From the NCBI GenBank assembly GCA_905331295.1, contig CAJNYD010000380.1, positions 1-35,884 of the forward strand: 35,884 nucleotides of DNA, written 5' to 3'. The first letter of the stretch is position 1. The number at the start of each line of letters is the position of its first letter. The notes beneath the pieces were generated by a model, which did no database searches, had not been told where the DNA came from, and was given only the letters and a program-made list of their open reading frames with translations. Made by a program: the position numbers and the translations under genes. The DNA comes from Rotaria socialis (Eukaryota). This document shows, one piece after another, positions 35,413 to 35,884 of this stretch.

Positions 35413-35732
35413 TCAATGGCATCTGCAACGATACTCGCGATTATATTTTCTACAGCGACCATATCTGTATCCTCTGTTTTCACAGTACATTGCGCATTTC
35501 ATATCATCGTCGCTACTGTCTGGATCACAAATAAAATCACGAATAATGTCATCTGGTATAAGTTCATCTGAAATAACACAAAGAAGACTTAGAATCGATA
35601 TGTCTCATACCAATGATTAAGATCTTTCTACTTACCGTTGTTTGAATATTGATCGCTTGAATTTTCAGCTTTAGTCATAAACACGATGAAGGATACGAAC
35701 AATAACACGAATAATAGTTGTTTTGAATTCAT
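35413..35732 (-). CDS. Secreted CS-alpha-beta (invertebrate/fungal-type) defensin-like prepropeptide, 83 aa, 2 exons (35732-35636, 35567-35413)
   Basis: The spliced product is MNSKQLLFVLLFVSFIVFMTKA-ENSSDQYSNNDELIPDDIIR-DFICDPDSSDDDMKCAMYCENRGYRYGRCRKYNREYRCRCH*. It has a signal peptide, an acidic propeptide ending in R and six Cys spaced C-x10-CxxxC-x9-C-x8-CxC with GxC. The 68-nt phase-1 intron is canonical (gtaagt...ttcag). Confidence 0.9.
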
Positions 35733-35884
35733 GCTGTCAATATAGAAAAGATGATTCTATTGCTGTCAGATCGTTGAAATATATATTCAATTGAATGTAG
35801 ATTATCTATTGAAATTATACTGATAGAAAGGACTACTAATATATCATCGTTTTAAAATGAAATTTCCAACATAATATCTTGCTT

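Overview
This is AT-rich eukaryotic genomic DNA with many short (about 50-70 nt) GT-AG introns. The intron style, a fungal-type gene among metazoan genes and an intronless LDLa/EGF-7TM receptor together suggest a bdelloid rotifer, which is an inference. Six protein-coding genes can be supported, all on the minus strand: (1) an intronless fungal-like APC-family amino acid/GABA/polyamine permease, a probable horizontal transfer; (2) a two-exon AIG1/GIMAP-like GTPase ending in a CaaX box; (3) a roughly 22-exon uncharacterised protein with adjacent SILK and RVxF PP1-docking motifs; (4) the multi-exon cohesin regulator PDS5; (5) an intronless receptor of about 1560 aa with LDLa and EGF repeats and a rhodopsin-like 7TM domain; (6) a two-exon secreted CS-alpha-beta defensin-like peptide that the ORF track misses. 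Intergenic DNA and larger introns hold many non-autonomous DNA transposons. These include a Helentron/DINE-1-like family with three related copies, a hAT MITE with a perfect 8-bp TSD, CCC...GGG and CAC-terminated CACTA-like elements, a Tc1/mariner fragment and foldback repeats. All gene models were spliced by hand and no database searches were run.
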